Of a stretch of DNA of 64,000 nt, positions 11,401 to 20,619 are shown one piece after another. Each line of letters opens with the position of its first letter. The stretch's first letter is position 1. The translations under genes were made by a program, and so were the position numbers. Source of the DNA: an uncultured Acidobacteriota bacterium (GTDB taxonomy: Bacteria; Acidobacteriota; Thermoanaerobaculia; Gp7-AA8); contig CAVUKB010000007.1 of assembly GCA_963741955.1 (NCBI GenBank), positions 32,001 through 96,000 of the forward strand. The letters are read 5' to 3'. The notes under the pieces are model-generated. The model was not told where the DNA came from. It was given only the letters and a program-made list of their open reading frames with translations, and ran no database searches.

Positions 11401-11624
11401 CATGGCTCGATGCCTGGAGCCTGGCGCTCGGACATCTGAATTACCTCCGGACGGGGAGGCGAATCGAACGGCTTCTCGACGTCCATTTCGTGACCGACGA
11501 GGACCTGCGTCGGAGAACGAGCTTTGCGGCCAAGATCGGGGCGGTCACGGATGCTGCCCGTCCAATTCCGCTCGCCGGAAGGGTCGGCACTCCGAGCCGC
11601 TCGGGACCGGTCACAGCTCCGTAG
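8409..11624 (+). CDS. GAF-like + PPDK_N ATP-grasp + His domain + minimal nucleotidyltransferase fusion protein, 1071 aa
   Basis: N-terminal LQERTKEL...GPFLKEERKLI sensor-like region. GGKAAGL, RSSSLLED, FAGKYKS, DIEFA, QCRP. GRWGS/SFGTHFF. C-terminal LFGS...SDIDL. ATGA overlap with the upstream gene. Confidence 0.85.
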   Translation: MIDENQIPMEKLLNALQERTKELGCLYRVEELFSQPGITLPEILEGIVQAIPAGWQYVDVCEAQITIGSLVVTSPGYRDTPWTIESPLTVQDQIVGRIMVVYLEERPAEDEGPFLKEERKLIDTIADRLERRILHENLRLVFERERERATTGVEWRIIIDLLRRTDPKLLARISRKMLYHLAWAGVDDVNPIIEDFSNNAREEGDPEVDENRPLPLTLRRDFLDMTEQIFEIAANHISESEILSNIQKWIKEDRSGFLVRILENPVSSLAEITNAIERFHHLAPQGLELSLPRERSFRVSLIRRLLSDHSAFIGAAKHFIDVDDFFDLLRHVIHPAGSHGKLGGKAAGLVLASHVLERDHTRSEIFGDVRTPRTWYLTSDGILNFIDSNDLEEIVELKYEDLARVRQEYPYVVHVFKNSPLPPEILNGLSVALDDLPETPLIVRSSSLLEDRLGTSFAGKYKSLFIANQGSKRERLASLVDAITEVYASTFGPDPIEYRSEHGLLDFHEEMGILIQEVAGARVGRYYMPAFAGVAFSHNEFRWSKRIRREDGLIRMVPGLGTRAVDRMSDDYPILVAPGQPSLRVNVTLDEKVRYSPKMMDVINLETNSLETVEVDDLLREFGDEYPMLHQLVSILREDRLVQPTALGIEPQNDRLVMTFERLISETTFVEQIRTILDVLQQELRMPVDIEFAHDGKDLYLVQCRPQSYGAASIPAVIPHDLPHERIVFTAKRYVSNGTVSGITHIVYVDADRYDELPDRADRLAVGRAVGRLNQILPKRQFILMGPGRWGSRGDIRLGVSVTYSDIHNTSMLLEIARKRRDYVPELSFGTHFFQDLVEANIRYLPLYPDEPDVILNEDLLIRSRNALPDLLPDFARFADVIRVIDVPAETGGMTLQVLMNGDSDEAMGLLTETTPEIQEPQVTARFSEAVQRVDDSHWQWRLRMVEQMASVLDAQRYGVHALYLFGSTKNATAGSESDIDLLIHFKGEEHQRRELSAWLDAWSLALGHLNYLRTGRRIERLLDVHFVTDEDLRRRTSFAAKIGAVTDAARPIPLAGRVGTPSRSGPVTAP

Positions 11625-11642
11625 GGGCGACCTCACTTTCCG

Positions 11643-11770
11643 AGGATCGGAAAAGCATCGCGGATCGAGGATTGAGGATCGCGGATCTGAAAAGCATCGC
11701 GGATCGAGGATTGAGGATCGCGTATCTGAGGAGCATTGGGGATCGGGGATCGGGGATCGGGGGTTGGGGA
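11643..11770. repeat. Heptamer-based repeat island (GGATCGN/GGATTGA/GGGATCG) including a ~37-bp tandem duplication
   Basis: AAAAGCATCGCGGATCGAGGATTGAGGATCGCG occurs twice, followed by (GGGATCG)x3. Confidence 0.85.
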
Positions 11771-11854
11771 AAGCCCCGGAGGGGCGTTTGACAAGAGCCC
11801 GGGACGCAGTCGTGGGATTTCTGTATTCGCGCTCTGCCGCTCCGATTGCTGGCA

Positions 11855-12700
11855 TCAGAGGAGCTCGCGCGTCGCTTCGTGCGGAGACTCCGGATCGAAC
11901 CGGACCAGGGCGAGCTCCGGGCCGTCGTGTGCCGCACCGAGGATCGTCGTCGAACCGATCCGCTCTTTCCACTGGCCGGTGATCCGTGCGGATTCGTGGA
12001 CGTGCCCGTGCAGGGTCACCAGAGGCTGAGATGATTCGATGAAGCGGCGGATCGCGATGGATCCGATGTGAGTGTCGAGCGGAACGTGATCGACTGCCAC
12101 TCCGTCGAGCGCCGCGCGGTCGAGAGGCGTCTGGTAAGGCGGAGAGTGGAACAGGCAGATCGCATGCGAGAGATCGACGCCCTTCGTCAGCTCCTCGAGG
12201 TCGCGCGCGATCGTTCCGTACTTCACGTCCGACTCGTCGGCATCCACGCTCCTCCACCCCTCTTCCGGTGAGATGCACCCCGGATCGACGTACCGCGATA
12301 CGTCGTACCGCTCCCAGTCTTTCAGCCGGAATGGAGTCGGAGGCACGCAGCAGTAGCCGAGAACGGGGGAGGACCCGAGGCGGCTGCGCCTCCGGTGGAG
12401 ATAAACGAGGAGCCCTTCCGACTCCATCTCGAGCAGCTGCGACTCGAATTCGCGCGGGTCATCGTTTCCGAAGATGAGGAAGATTCGCGGATATCCCGAT
12501 TGCAGGAGAGCTCGGAGCCTGCGGAGGCGCGGCGCGAAGTCCTCCCTCAGGAATGTCGCAAGAGCGCCCTGATGCGGCGCGGGAAGAATATCGCCGCCCA
12601 TGAAAACCGCCTCGGGCCGCTCCGAAGCGATGGTGCGCACGAGCGCGTCATAGCGATGCGCGCTTCCATGCAGATCCGAGACGAAGAACGCGAGGGTCAT
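11855..12700 (-). CDS. Calcineurin-like metallophosphoesterase
   Basis: SDLHG, GGDI, GNDD, HSPP, HGHVHE motifs. Confidence 0.88.
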   Translation of the reverse strand: MTLAFFVSDLHGSAHRYDALVRTIASERPEAVFMGGDILPAPHQGALATFLREDFAPRLRRLRALLQSGYPRIFLIFGNDDPREFESQLLEMESEGLLVYLHRRRSRLGSSPVLGYCCVPPTPFRLKDWERYDVSRYVDPGCISPEEGWRSVDADESDVKYGTIARDLEELTKGVDLSHAICLFHSPPYQTPLDRAALDGVAVDHVPLDTHIGSIAIRRFIESSQPLVTLHGHVHESARITGQWKERIGSTTILGAAHDGPELALVRFDPESPHEATRELL

Positions 12701-12735
12701 CAGCGCCCATTGTGTCGCAAACCTCGATCGAGGGA

Positions 12736-15267
12736 TCAGGCGTGATGGGTCGACATGACTTCGAGCGGGAGATTCCGAGCCAGCGCAGCCTCGAGCTCCG
12801 ACTGCTTCGTCGGCTTCGACAGATAGTCGTCCATCCCCGCGGAAAGACACTTCTCCCGGTCGCCCTGCAGTGCGTGCGCGGTCATCGCGACGATCCGCGT
12901 CCGGTTCGCGCTGGTCTGTTTCCGGCGGATCTCGACCGTCGCTTCGTAGCCATCCATCACCGGCATCTGGCAGTCCATCAGGACGATGTGGTAATCACCG
13001 TTCAGGACCGCATCCACCGCCTCGGCGCCGTTCGTCGCGACGTCTGCCCGGTAGCCGAGGTTCTGGAGCTGCCCGAGCGCGACCTTCCGGTTGAGCGGTT
13101 TGTCCTCCACCAGGAGAATTCGAACCCGCTCTCTCACTTCCGGCGGCACCACCACGGGCTTTTCTTCGGAGGGCGGCCCCGCGGCCGCATCGATCGCCGG
13201 CATCTCGCGCGCGAGAACCGTGCTCAACGCATCGAAAAGATCGGATGGGGCGACCGGTTTGTTGATGTAGGCCCCGATTCCTGCCGCCCGCGCCTTCGAG
13301 TCGTCGATGATCTCGCCGAGCGGAATCATCATCACCAGACCGGTCGACGCGATCGATGGATCGGCCTTGACCAGTCGGGCGAAACCGATTCCGTCGATCT
13401 CCACGAGTTGACGGTCGAACACCGCGATCCGGTACGGCTCGCCGAGCGAGGCTTCGCTTCGCAGCCGTTCGAGCGCTTCGGTGTAATCACCGGCGGCGCG
13501 GGTTCGCATCCCCCACGACGCGAAGATGTGCGAAAGCACCTTGCGACTCGTTTCGCTGCGGTCGACGATCAGCGCCCGCATGCCGGGGAATCCGCTCTTC
13601 ATCGCGGTGACCGTGATCCGTTCGGCAGTCTTCTTCTGAAACGGGACGGTGAACCAGAAGGTCGAGCCGATACCTTCTTCACTGGTCACCCCGATCTGGC
13701 CCCCCATGATCTCGACCAGCTGCTTCGAGGTGGTCAGGCCGAGGCCGGTGCCGCTGTGCTCCCGCGTGCTGGAGCTGTCGACCTGAAAGAAGGGATCGAA
13801 GATTCTCGGGATGGCATTCTCCGGGATCCCGACGCCGTGATCGGTGATCTCGAAGCGGATCAGATAGTGGGAATCCGTCTCGTTCTGCCCGCGCACCCCG
13901 ATCCGGACCGTGCTCTCCCCGCTGAATTTGATCGCATTCCCGAGAAGATTGGTGAGTACCTGCCTCAGGCGGGCGACGTCGCCGCGAACGATGGGAGGAA
14001 TGTCCTCGTCGACTTCGGCGCGGATGGTGACCTTCCGCTCCATTCCCACCACGTTCATCACATCGACGATCCGCTGCACGCTGCTTCGAAGATCGAAGTC
14101 GGCCAGCGTGATGGAAAGCTTTCCCGACTCGAGCTGCGAAACGTGGAGGATGTTGTTGATGATGCCGAGAAGAGTCTCGGCGCTTCCCTGGGCGGTCTGC
14201 ACGTAGTCGCGTTGTTCCGCGGTGAGAGTCGTACTGTCACCGAGGAGCTGGAGCATGCCGAGAATCACGTTCATCGGCGTGCGGATCTCGTGAGTGATGT
14301 TGGTCAGGAACTGCGACTTGGCGCGCGAGGACTCGAGAGCTTCGTCCCGCGCCTTTCCGAGCTCGATCTCCGACATCTTCCGTTCGGTGATGTCCCGGAA
14401 GATCACCCGGGCGAGGATCACGCTTCCGTTCACCACCTTCGGGATGAGACTTCCTTCGACGATCAGCCTCCGGCCGTCCGCCGCGAGGAACTCGGTCTCC
14501 ACTGTTTCGGCGACTCCGGTCCGGATGATCTGCTGAAACATACGGTTGAAGTCGGGGAGCGCATCGGGGTGGATCGCATCTTCAATCGTCGGTCGATGGA
14601 GCGTACCGTCGGCTCCCGCCAGCGTCTCGATCGCGGCCCGATTGAGGTGCATCAGCCTGCCGTCGGAACGGATGCTCATGATCATGTCATCGGCCGAATC
14701 GAACAGATCCTGGAAGCGCTCGTCGCTCTCGCGCAGCGCTTCACGGACTTCGGCAGTATCGGCGAGCTGGAGGTCGAGCCGCTCGAGACGGCGGCGAAGG
14801 TCGAGCTCAGCACCGACCTCGCGTGCGAGCGTCCGCAGCGCGTTCACCTGTACATTCTGGAGTTGACGGGGAACCCGGTCGAACACTTCGAGCGATCCGA
14901 CGACCATTCCGTCCGAGGTCACGATCGGCGCTCCGGCGTAAAACCGGACGTTGGGCGGGGCCGTCACCAGGGGATTCGAAACGGCGCGCGGATCCTTCTG
15001 TGCATCCTCGATGAGAACGACGTCGTTCGCATCGACGACGAAGCGCGCGAACGCGGCCTCGCGAGGGAACTGGCTCACATTCCAGCGGAATCGCGACTTG
15101 ATCCAGTAGCGGTCCTGGTCGAGGAATCCGAGAATGGCGACAGGAGCTCCGCAGATCTCGGCGGCGAAAGCAGTCAGCTGGTCCAGGTGCGGCTCTGCGG
15201 GAGTGTCGAGAATGCCGCACTCCTGCAGGGTAAGAAGTCTCATTCGATCATTGGTGGAATCGGTCAT
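12736..15267 (-). CDS. Soluble hybrid sensor histidine kinase (GAF-PAS-HisKA-HATPase-REC-REC)
   Basis: RFYAGAPI (GAF), THEIRTPM H-box, NLLGNAIKF, GTGLGL, LMDCQMP receiver. Confidence 0.93.
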   Translation of the reverse strand: MTDSTNDRMRLLTLQECGILDTPAEPHLDQLTAFAAEICGAPVAILGFLDQDRYWIKSRFRWNVSQFPREAAFARFVVDANDVVLIEDAQKDPRAVSNPLVTAPPNVRFYAGAPIVTSDGMVVGSLEVFDRVPRQLQNVQVNALRTLAREVGAELDLRRRLERLDLQLADTAEVREALRESDERFQDLFDSADDMIMSIRSDGRLMHLNRAAIETLAGADGTLHRPTIEDAIHPDALPDFNRMFQQIIRTGVAETVETEFLAADGRRLIVEGSLIPKVVNGSVILARVIFRDITERKMSEIELGKARDEALESSRAKSQFLTNITHEIRTPMNVILGMLQLLGDSTTLTAEQRDYVQTAQGSAETLLGIINNILHVSQLESGKLSITLADFDLRSSVQRIVDVMNVVGMERKVTIRAEVDEDIPPIVRGDVARLRQVLTNLLGNAIKFSGESTVRIGVRGQNETDSHYLIRFEITDHGVGIPENAIPRIFDPFFQVDSSSTREHSGTGLGLTTSKQLVEIMGGQIGVTSEEGIGSTFWFTVPFQKKTAERITVTAMKSGFPGMRALIVDRSETSRKVLSHIFASWGMRTRAAGDYTEALERLRSEASLGEPYRIAVFDRQLVEIDGIGFARLVKADPSIASTGLVMMIPLGEIIDDSKARAAGIGAYINKPVAPSDLFDALSTVLAREMPAIDAAAGPPSEEKPVVVPPEVRERVRILLVEDKPLNRKVALGQLQNLGYRADVATNGAEAVDAVLNGDYHIVLMDCQMPVMDGYEATVEIRRKQTSANRTRIVAMTAHALQGDREKCLSAGMDDYLSKPTKQSELEAALARNLPLEVMSTHHA

Positions 15268-15484
15268 CCGTCACGCGCTCCCAGCGCCGTATATGTGTTG
15301 AAAGAAACCTGTGCCGGCGGGAACACTCTCAATGTAATGCCGCACCGGCAGAGTTTGCTGCACGAATAAAAATGTCCGCTCATTCTCCACCTCAGCGGGG
15401 CGGACTGCAAGATCCCCTAACTTTGGTTGAGGTCCTTTCGTTGCAGTATGTTGGGACGGGCGGATCCGTTTCGACGACCCTTCC

Positions 15485-15561
15485 CGGTAGGAACGTCCGG
15501 AGCGAGAAAGCGGAGCAGCGAGGCCAGATTCGTTCGGATTTGGGCCGCTGATCCGCTTTCG
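15485..15561. mobile_element. Internally deleted family-A MITE remnant, reverse orientation
   Basis: CGGTAGGAACGTCCGGAGCGAGAAAGCGGAGCAGCGAGGCCAGATTCGTTCGGATTT|GGGCCGCTGATCCGCTTTCG matches the reverse complement of family A, with the segment between two CGGATTT repeats deleted. Confidence 0.8.
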
Positions 15562-15563
15562 AG

Positions 15564-16427
15564 CTAGCGCAGCCGCTCGGCTCCGGCGTAGACATTGAAG
15601 CGGCGATTCCGGACGAACCCGAGGAGCGTCATCCCTGCCTCGCGCGCCAGATCGACCGCGAGGGAGGAAGGCGCTCCGACCGCGGCGAGGAGGGGGATAC
15701 CTGCGACCGCAGCCTTCTGGACGAGCTCGAAGCTCGCCCGGCCGCTGACCATCAGCACCGAGCTTGCGAGCGGAACGCGCCCGGCGAGAAATTCGCGGCC
15801 GATCACCTTGTCCAGAGCGTTGTGCCGGCCCACGTCTTCGCGGAGAGCTCTGAGCTCTCCCTCCCGCGAGAAGAGCCCCGATGCGTGCAGGCCGCCGGTC
15901 ACGTCGAACGTCTCCTGTCGGCCGCGTAGCTCTTCTTCGAGCCGATGGATGGTCGCCGAGTCGATCGAAAACGCCGAGGCGGACGAACGCACATACGGGA
16001 TCCGAACCGCTTCGATCGAAGTCTTTCCGCAGATGCCGCAGCTCGAGGCGGTGTAGAAGTGACGCTCGAGTCGCGCGAGATCGGGGCTGATCGAGGAAGA
16101 GAGCGTCACCCGGACGATATTGGATCCGCCGTGGGGCTGCTGCGGCCCGCATGCGGCGATCTCTGCGATCTCGCCACGCTCCCGCACGATTCCTTCGGTG
16201 AAGAGAAAACCTGCCGCGAGCTCGTCGTCCTCCCCGGGAGTGCGCATGGTGATGGAGATGGTCTGGCGCTGCGGCGCCCCTCCGTCCATCCATTCGAGCC
16301 GGATCTCCAGAGGCTCCTCGATGGCGACGGCGTCTTCGCGATTCGCGATCCGTTCGTCCGAGCAGAGCCCGATGCGATCGAGACGGAAACTCGAGATCGA
16401 CGATCCGTCCGGCGGCGATAGAGACAT
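15564..16427 (-). CDS. fdhD: Formate dehydrogenase accessory sulfurtransferase
   Basis: EEPLEI, TMRTPG, SSCGICGK, TGGLHAS, EDVGRHNALDKVIG, SGRASFEL. GGAGG RBS. Confidence 0.95.
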   Translation of the reverse strand: MSLSPPDGSSISSFRLDRIGLCSDERIANREDAVAIEEPLEIRLEWMDGGAPQRQTISITMRTPGEDDELAAGFLFTEGIVRERGEIAEIAACGPQQPHGGSNIVRVTLSSSISPDLARLERHFYTASSCGICGKTSIEAVRIPYVRSSASAFSIDSATIHRLEEELRGRQETFDVTGGLHASGLFSREGELRALREDVGRHNALDKVIGREFLAGRVPLASSVLMVSGRASFELVQKAAVAGIPLLAAVGAPSSLAVDLAREAGMTLLGFVRNRRFNVYAGAERLR

Positions 16428-16523
16428 GTTCCCTCCGCATGCAATTTCCGTGGAAGGAGGATTCACGCGGCCTGCCGCTTGCATCACTGCGAGTCGATTC
16501 GGACCTGAACGAGCGGAGGCGGC

Positions 16524-19500
16524 ATGATCGGTGATCTTTTTCGCGACTGGCCCCTGGTGCGGCAGATCCTCGAGGGAGGAGACGGTACCGGAGAGGAATC
16601 GATGAGCCGCAGGACCCGTGAGCTCCGGCCGCGGAACGAAGACGCCGACGTCGCACGCTCGATCTGTCCCTACTGCGGGGTGGGCTGCGGACAGCTCATC
16701 TTCCACAAGGAAGGAAGGATCGTCTCCATCGAAGGAGATCCGGAGTCGCCGATCTCGCGCGGGCATCTCTGTCCGAAAGGTGCAGCGAGTCAGGAACTGC
16801 TCACCCATCCCGGGAGGCTCACGAAAGTCAGGTACCGCGCGCCCTACACCACCGAGTGGCAGGAGATCTCTCTCGAGCGGGCCATGGAGATGATCGCCGA
16901 CCGGGTCTGGCGCTCGCGCGAGAGGACGTTCGAGCAGAAGCGGGACGGACGGACTCTGATGCAGTGCGGTGGCATCGCGCATCTCGGCGGGGCGACCCTC
17001 GACAACGAAGAGAACTACGTCATCAAGAAGCTCTTCACCGCAGGCCTCGGCATGGTGGCAGTCAGCAACCAGGCCCGGATATGACACAGCTCCACGGTGC
17101 CCGGTCTGGGCACCTCGTTCGGACGCGGCGGAGCAACCACCGCACAGCAGGACCTCGCCAACGCAGACGCCATTCTGATCATGGGATCATCCATGGCCGA
17201 GAATCATCCGGTCGGATTCCAGTGGGTGGTCGAGGCGCGTGAACGAGGAGCGAAGGTCATCCACGTCGACCCCCGCTTCACCCGGACCTCTGCGATGGCC
17301 GATTACTGGGTTCCTCTTCGTCCCGGTACGGACATCGTCTTCCTCGGCGGGATGGTCAACTACGTACTGCAGAACGACCGCGCTTTCCGCGAATACGTCG
17401 CGCACTACACCAACGCTCCCACCATCCTGAAGGAGGAGATGCAGGACACCGAGGACCTCGGCGGCCTCTTCTCGGGATGGAATGACGACAAACAGCAGTA
17501 CTCGCCGGAGAGCTGGTTCTACGAAGGTGCGAAGCGTAAGAGAAGACCGAAGTCGAAGGAGCGTGAAGTCGCCGGACACGAGCCCGAAGGGGGAGGTCAT
17601 GGGAAAGACCGCGGCGGCGAAGCTCAGAGCGTCAAGGACGGAGCGATCGATCGTGATCCGGCCCTCGAGCATCCGCGCTGCGTCTACCAGGTATTGAAGC
17701 GACACTTCGAGCGCTACACGCCGGAGATGGTCGCCCGCTGCTGCGGTATTCCGAAGGAAGCCTTCCTGGAGGTGGCGGAGACGTTCGTCGCGGCGTCCGG
17801 TCCGGAGAAGACCGGCGCGATCTGCTACGCGGTGGGATGGACCCAGCACTCGACCGGCGTGCAGATCATCCGCACCGCAGCGATCCTCCAGCTGCTGCTC
17901 GGAAACATCGGACGCCCCGGCGGTGGAATCCTCGCCCTGAGGGGTCATGCCTCCATTCAGGGCTCCACCGACATTCCGACGCTCTACGACATCCTCCCCG
18001 GCTATCTCGCGATGCCCTTCTTCGAGGCGGATTCCGATTCCCTCAAGCAGTACATCCGGAAGCATTCCGCGAAGACCGGCTGGTGGGCGAACTTCGACAA
18101 GTACATCGTCAGCCTCCTCAAAGCCTACTTCGGCGAAGCAGCGACGAAGGAAAACGAATACGGATTCCATTGGCTGCCGCGGGTGACCGGCGACCACTCG
18201 CACCAGGGCTACTGGCTGGAGATGATGGACGGCGGACTCGAGGGGCTGTTCGTGATGGGACAGAACCCTGCGGTCGGTGCGCCGAACGCAGGGTTGGAGC
18301 GGAAAGCGCTCGCGAAGCTCAAATGGCTCGTGGTGCGCGACCTCGTCGAGACGGAGACGGCGAGCTTCTGGTACGACTCGGCGGAAGTCAGGCGCGGGGA
18401 GGTGAAGCCGGAAGAGATCGGGACGGAAGTCTTTCTGATGCCCGCGGCCGGGCACGCCGAGAAGGAAGGGACGTTCACCAACACGCAGAGGCTCCTGCAA
18501 TGGCACGAGAAGGCGGTCGATCCCCCCGGCGACGCCCGGAGCGAGACGTGGTTCGTCGTCCATCTCGGCAATCTCCTCAAGGAAAAAGCGAAGGCGGAGG
18601 GGGGGCCGCGTAACGAAGGACTGAACGCACTCTGGTGGGACTACGAGCTCGAAGGACGGATGGGCGAGCCGAACGTTCAGCAGATTCTCGCGGAGATCAA
18701 CGGCTGGACGGTGAAGGACCGGAAGCTCGTGAGCGGCTTCACCGACCTGAAGGCGGACGGCTCCACCGCTTGCGGATGCTGGATCTACTCCGGAGTCTTT
18801 CCGTCTCACGACGAGAACAAGGCTCACAAGCGCGATCCTCGAGGCCCGTACGGTCACGGGTGGGGATTCGCCTGGCCCTCGGACCGGAGGATTCTCTACA
18901 ACCGCGCGTCGGCCCGGCCGGACGGGCAGCCCTGGAGCGACAAGAAGAAGCTCATCTGGTGGGATGAAGAGAAGGGCGAATGGACGGGAGACGACGTTCC
19001 GGATTTCACGAAAGACAAACGCCCGGACTACAAGCCGAAGAAGACGTCGAGAGGCGATGCGGGAACGGCCGGCGACCAGCCGTTCATCATGCATTCGGAT
19101 GGAGTCGGATGGATCTGGGTTCCGTCGGGACTGAAAGACGGACCGCTCCCGACCCATTACGAACCGCTGGAGTCGCCGGTCAGAAATCCGCTGTACGAGA
19201 CGCAGGTCAACCCGGCCGCCGACCGGAAGGAACGCCCCGACAATCCGTACGCGTCGTCACCTGATCCGAAGTTTCCCTACGTCCTCACGACGTACCGGCT
19301 GACCGAGCACCATACCGCAGGCGGGATGACCCGGCCGCTCTCACATCTCGCCGAGCTTCAACCGGAGCTGTTCTGCGAGATCTCGCCCGAGCTCGCCGCG
19401 GAAGCGGGAGTCGAGCATGGGTCGTGGGCGAGGATCTCCACCCCGAGGGGAGAAATCCGCGCGCGGGTGATGGTCACCGGAAGGATGCGGTCGATGGAGG

Positions 19501-19679
19501 TGGAGGGGAAAGTCATCCATCAGGTGGGACTGCCGTATCACTGGGGATCGAAGGGACTGGTCCAGGGAGACGTAGTGAACGACCTGGTCGCGATGTCCGA
19601 AGAACCGAACGTCAGGATCATGGAGACGAAGGCCCTGCTGTGCAACCTCGAAAGCATCGGGGAAGCATCTGATATCTGA
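16524..19679 (+). CDS. fdhA: Selenocysteine-containing formate dehydrogenase alpha subunit (UGA at 17082-17084 read as Sec)
   Basis: CPYCGVGCG...LCPKG Fe-S motif; NQARI-UGA-HSSTVPGLG continues in frame; LRGHASIQG, LTTYRLTEHH. No clear Tat signal. Confidence 0.93.
17096..17114 (+). promoter_or_regulatory. Bacterial SECIS hairpin
   Basis: GGTGCCC-GGTCT-GGGCACC perfect 7-bp stem, separated from the UGA by 11 nt. Confidence 0.85.
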
Positions 19680-19836
19680 TATCTGATATCTATTATCGAT
19701 TATCTGACACGATAATTACGATCGCTATTAATTCATTAGATATCAGTTATCAATAACGATTGGATATAAACACACAAACCACAGACCCGAATTACTGACA
19801 GATAATAGATAATAGATAACAGATAATAGATAAACC
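19667..19836. repeat. AT-rich heptamer repeat island (TCTGATA)n ... (AGATAAT)n
   Basis: Directly visible, strongly AT-rich relative to flanks; the two arms are partly complementary. Confidence 0.85.
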
Positions 19837-20619
19837 ATGTCTCTCACAGGATTTCTCACCGACTCGACCCTCTGCATCGGCTGCAAGGCATGCGAAGTGG
19901 CGTGCAAGGAATGGAACGAGGTGCCGGAGGATGGCCTCGTCTGGAGCGGGATGTCGTACGACAACACCCTCGCTCTCGGCGGATCGACCTGGCGGCACGT
20001 GAAGTTCCTCGAATTCGATCCGGAGATCGGGAAGGGAGGAAACTCCGCGGAGCGGGTGACGTGGGAGTTCTCCTCGGATGTCTGCAAGCATTGCGAAGTC
20101 GCCGGATGCCTCGAGGCGTGTCCGACCGGCTCGATCGTCCGCACCGAGTTCGGAGGCGTCTACGTCCAGCCGGACGTCTGCAACGGATGCGGATACTGTG
20201 TGGTCACCTGCCCGTTCGGGGTGATCGACAAGCGCATCGAAGACGGACGGATGTTCAAGTGCACGTTCTGCTACGACCGTCAGAAGGCGGGGGCGGAGCC
20301 TGCCTGTGCGAAGGCGTGCCCGACTCAGTCGATTCTGTTCGGCGATCTCGACACGCTGCGGGAGCGTGCAGGTGAACGAATCCGCGAGCTCCAGTCCGCG
20401 GGGATGGACGACGCGACGCTGTGGGATCCGCAGCACACCACGGTGGAAGGAACGCACGCGATCTTCATCGTGCGTGGGGATCCGGCGAGTTACAACCTTC
20501 CCCCGAATCCGGAAGTACCACAGGCGAAGCTCTATGCCGGATGGATGTCGGCCGCCGTCACGGCCGGGGCGATCCTTCTCGGTTCGGTGGTCGCGTTCGC
20601 CGCAGGAGGCCGCCGATGA
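19837..20619 (+). CDS. fdhB: Formate dehydrogenase iron-sulfur (beta) subunit
   Basis: CIGCKACEVAC, CKHC...CLEACP, CNGCGYCVVTCP, KCTFC...CAKACP. C-terminal TM helix. Confidence 0.92.
   Translation: MSLTGFLTDSTLCIGCKACEVACKEWNEVPEDGLVWSGMSYDNTLALGGSTWRHVKFLEFDPEIGKGGNSAERVTWEFSSDVCKHCEVAGCLEACPTGSIVRTEFGGVYVQPDVCNGCGYCVVTCPFGVIDKRIEDGRMFKCTFCYDRQKAGAEPACAKACPTQSILFGDLDTLRERAGERIRELQSAGMDDATLWDPQHTTVEGTHAIFIVRGDPASYNLPPNPEVPQAKLYAGWMSAAVTAGAILLGSVVAFAAGGRR

Noticed and set aside
6583-11624. Ordinary PEP synthase / PPDK (ppsA)
   Set aside because: Neither protein has the C-terminal PEP-binding barrel or the canonical TSHAA motif.
11220-11624. MNT-HEPN toxin-antitoxin or CBASS defence system
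   Set aside because: No HEPN or effector gene nearby; the domain is minimal and fused.
12712-15369. Long antisense or alternate-frame ORFs (also 10233-12278, 17187-19157, 25910-27916, 33028-34929, 39484-41178 and others)
   Set aside because: Shadow ORFs typical of high-GC DNA, overlapping well-supported genes and lacking motifs.
16524-19679. Two separate genes, or an fdh pseudogene
   Set aside because: The UGA is at the Sec position, in frame, and followed by a SECIS hairpin.
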